The notes under the pieces were generated by a model. It was not told where the DNA came from, did not search any database, and was given only the letters and a program-made list of their open reading frames with translations. Of a stretch of 64,000 nt of DNA, positions 60,890 through 64,000 are shown in pieces. Position 1 is the stretch's first letter. Every line of letters starts with the position of its first letter. The translations under genes were made by a program, and so were the position numbers. The DNA is from Pseudomonas aeruginosa PAO1 (GTDB lineage Bacteria; Pseudomonadota; Gammaproteobacteria; Pseudomonadales; Pseudomonadaceae): assembly GCF_000006765.1 (NCBI RefSeq), contig NC_002516.2. One strand, 5' to 3'.

Positions 60890-61789
60890 TCAGCCGCGAC
60901 GCACCGCCGGCCTCGGCAGGCGCACGCTCCAACCCTGCTGCATGCCTGCCGCGGCGAGCAGGATGGCGGCCACGCCAAGCCACTGGGCCAGGCTCAGGCG
61001 ATGTTCGAAGACCAGCCAGTCCACCAGGATCGCCGCGACCGGATAGATGAAGGACAAGGCACCGGTCAGCGCCGTCGGCAATTTCTGAATGGCGCCGTAG
61101 AGCAGTACGTACATCAGCCCGGTATGGACGATTCCCAGGGTCGCCAGGCTGGCCCAGGGAGCAACGTCCCGGGGCAGTTCGGCAAGGTTCGCCAGCGGTG
61201 CGAGCATCAGCACGCCGGTGCCCACCTGGATCAAGGCGATAAGATGCGGCGGCGTGCCTTGCAGGCGCTTCACGATCAGCGCGGCAAAGGCATACAGCAG
61301 CGCGGCAGCGAGCGCCAGGAGGATACCGAACAGGTAGTCCCCGCGCGGGGCGCCGCTGTCGCCGTGGGCGTTGACGATCGCCAGCATGCCGGCGAACGAA
61401 AGCCCCAGCCAGCCCAGCTTGCGCGCCGTGACCTTCTCGCCGAGAAACGCCGCGCCTAGCCCCACCAGCATGAACGGCTGGACGTTGTAGACCGCGGTAC
61501 CGATGGCGATCGAAGCCCGTGAGTAGGATGCGAACAGCAACACCCAGTTGCCGACGATGAACACCCCGCTGAGGAGCGCCAGCAGGAACGCCTCGCGCCC
61601 CAGGCTGCCGCGGCGCAGGAAGCCCAGCGCGGCACAGGCGACCAGCAGCGTGGCGAAACCGAATACGCAGCGCCAGAACACCACGTCCAGCACGGGCTGC
61701 CCGGAGAGCAGCACCAGCCAGCCAATGGTGCCGCAGATCAGCATGGCCGAAGTCATTTCCAGCGTACCGCGACGGATCGGATCGTTCAT
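60890..61789 (-). CDS. EamA/DMT-family exporter
   Basis: Start MNDPIRRG; ten TM segments in two repeats; YNVQPF, FIYPVAA. Confidence 0.88.
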   Translation of the reverse strand: MNDPIRRGTLEMTSAMLICGTIGWLVLLSGQPVLDVVFWRCVFGFATLLVACAALGFLRRGSLGREAFLLALLSGVFIVGNWVLLFASYSRASIAIGTAVYNVQPFMLVGLGAAFLGEKVTARKLGWLGLSFAGMLAIVNAHGDSGAPRGDYLFGILLALAAALLYAFAALIVKRLQGTPPHLIALIQVGTGVLMLAPLANLAELPRDVAPWASLATLGIVHTGLMYVLLYGAIQKLPTALTGALSFIYPVAAILVDWLVFEHRLSLAQWLGVAAILLAAAGMQQGWSVRLPRPAVRRG

Positions 61790-61921
61790 GGGCGCTCTCC
61801 CGCAAGACAGGCCTATGATTATCCAAAGTCGTCTTCCAGCCCTCCATCGCATTACTCAGGCAAAAACCCGTGACGACCTTTTTTATCAGGGCTATTTTGA
61901 AAAAAAACTTTCGAGGCCGAC

Positions 61922-62934
<1,013 letters not shown>

Positions 62935-62965
62935 GGCGCAGGCGGATGCTGCGCCTCATCCGGTA

Positions 62966-63832
62966 CTACAGGTTGGAACGGAGCCGCCACAGTTCGGGGA
63001 AGAGGATGGTATCGAGCATGCTGCGCAGATACCCCACTCCCTCGGTTCCGCCCGTGCCGGGTTTGAAACCGATGATGCGCTCCACCGTGGTCACGTGACG
63101 GAAGCGCCACTGGCGGAACGAGTCCTCCAGGTCGATCAGTTTCTCCGCCAGCTGATACAGGTCCCAGTAGCGTTCCGGCGCCTGGTAGACCTGTCGCCAC
63201 GCCGCCTCCACCGAGGCCTCGTAACAGGTGCCGGCCGCCGCGTCCCGGGCGAGCCGCTCCTGGCTTACCGGCAACCCCTGGGCGGCCATCAGGCGGATCG
63301 CTTCGTCGTATAGCGACGGCGTATGCAGGGCCTGCTCCAGGGCCGCCAGCAGCTCGGCACGGTGAGCATGGGGCTTGAGCAGGGTGGCGTTCTTGTTGCC
63401 GAGGATGAATTCGATCTCGCGGTACTGGTAGGACTGGAAACCGGAAGACTGGCCCAGGTACGGGCGGATGGTGTTGTACTCGGTCGGCGTCATGGTCGCC
63501 AGCACCGCCCAGGCGTGTACCAGCTGGTCGAAGATCCGCGAGACCCTGGCGAGCATTTTCAGCGCCGGACCGAGCTTGCCTGACTTGACGTGCTCCCGGG
63601 CGGCTCGCAGTTCGTGGAGCATCAGCTTCATCCATAGCTCCGAGGTCTGGTGCTGGATGATGAACAGCATTTCGTTGTGGTCGGGCGAAAGCGGGAACTG
63701 GGCGTCCAGGACCTTGTCCAGCTTCAGGTAATCGCCGTAGCTCATCGCATGGGTGAAGTCCAGGGCGGCGTTATGCCACTCAGCCTCTCCGTCCGTTTCT
63801 CCCTGGGCCTGGGAGTGAGGGCAAGGACACAT
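62966..63832 (-). CDS. kynA: Tryptophan 2,3-dioxygenase
   Basis: Start MCPCPHS; [34 protein letters not shown]; 288 aa. Confidence 0.95.
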   Translation of the reverse strand: MCPCPHSQAQGETDGEAEWHNAALDFTHAMSYGDYLKLDKVLDAQFPLSPDHNEMLFIIQHQTSELWMKLMLHELRAAREHVKSGKLGPALKMLARVSRIFDQLVHAWAVLATMTPTEYNTIRPYLGQSSGFQSYQYREIEFILGNKNATLLKPHAHRAELLAALEQALHTPSLYDEAIRLMAAQGLPVSQERLARDAAAGTCYEASVEAAWRQVYQAPERYWDLYQLAEKLIDLEDSFRQWRFRHVTTVERIIGFKPGTGGTEGVGYLRSMLDTILFPELWRLRSNL

Positions 63833-64000
63833 GTGAATCTCCTGAATTCGGCGGCAGGCGTCGGAAGTCGATGAGCGACCTGCCGGCAACGTTGTCGGGG
63901 GTGGCTTCGACACGGTCGAAAGCGCGCTCATTTTACGATGCGCCCATTCGAATATTCGTGCAAAGCATCCTTTCCTGCCCGTCCCCGATGAAATCTAATT

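Overview
GC-rich Pseudomonas aeruginosa core-chromosome segment. Gene order and protein sequences match what I recall of PAO1 loci PA2527 (muxB, truncated at the left edge) to PA2579 (kynA); this is from memory, not a database search. About 57 CDSs and one tRNA-Leu(TAA) are supported. I see no integrase, transposase, prophage or CRISPR array. Main blocks: the MuxAB RND efflux genes; a TldD/TldE protease pair; a Tat-exported aminotransferase (PtaA-like); a six-gene ynbA/C/D/B-like lipid operon of unknown product; tamAB; xthA; a PstS-OmpA fusion; terC; a branched-chain acyl-CoA catabolic cluster; mgtC-like; ctpH; an SQR-like/DUF1641/methyltransferase operon; a GAF-EAL phosphodiesterase; lecA; an atypical kinase/HD-GYP/MCP trio; alkB1; and kynA. 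The strongest leads are: (1) a three-stem RNA structure that occludes the terC ribosome-binding site (candidate orphan riboswitch); (2) the lipid operon, which looks like a self-contained pathway for a non-standard phospholipid; (3) a quorum-sensing-boxed flavoprotein operon whose SQR-like enzyme appears to lack the second catalytic Cys; and (4) small ORFs that are easily missed, including a 48-aa Cys-rich protein absent from the ORF track. Many regulator sites are readable by eye (CpxR, PvdS, PhoB, LiuR, AlgU, CRP/Vfr, LasR/RhlR, Anr).
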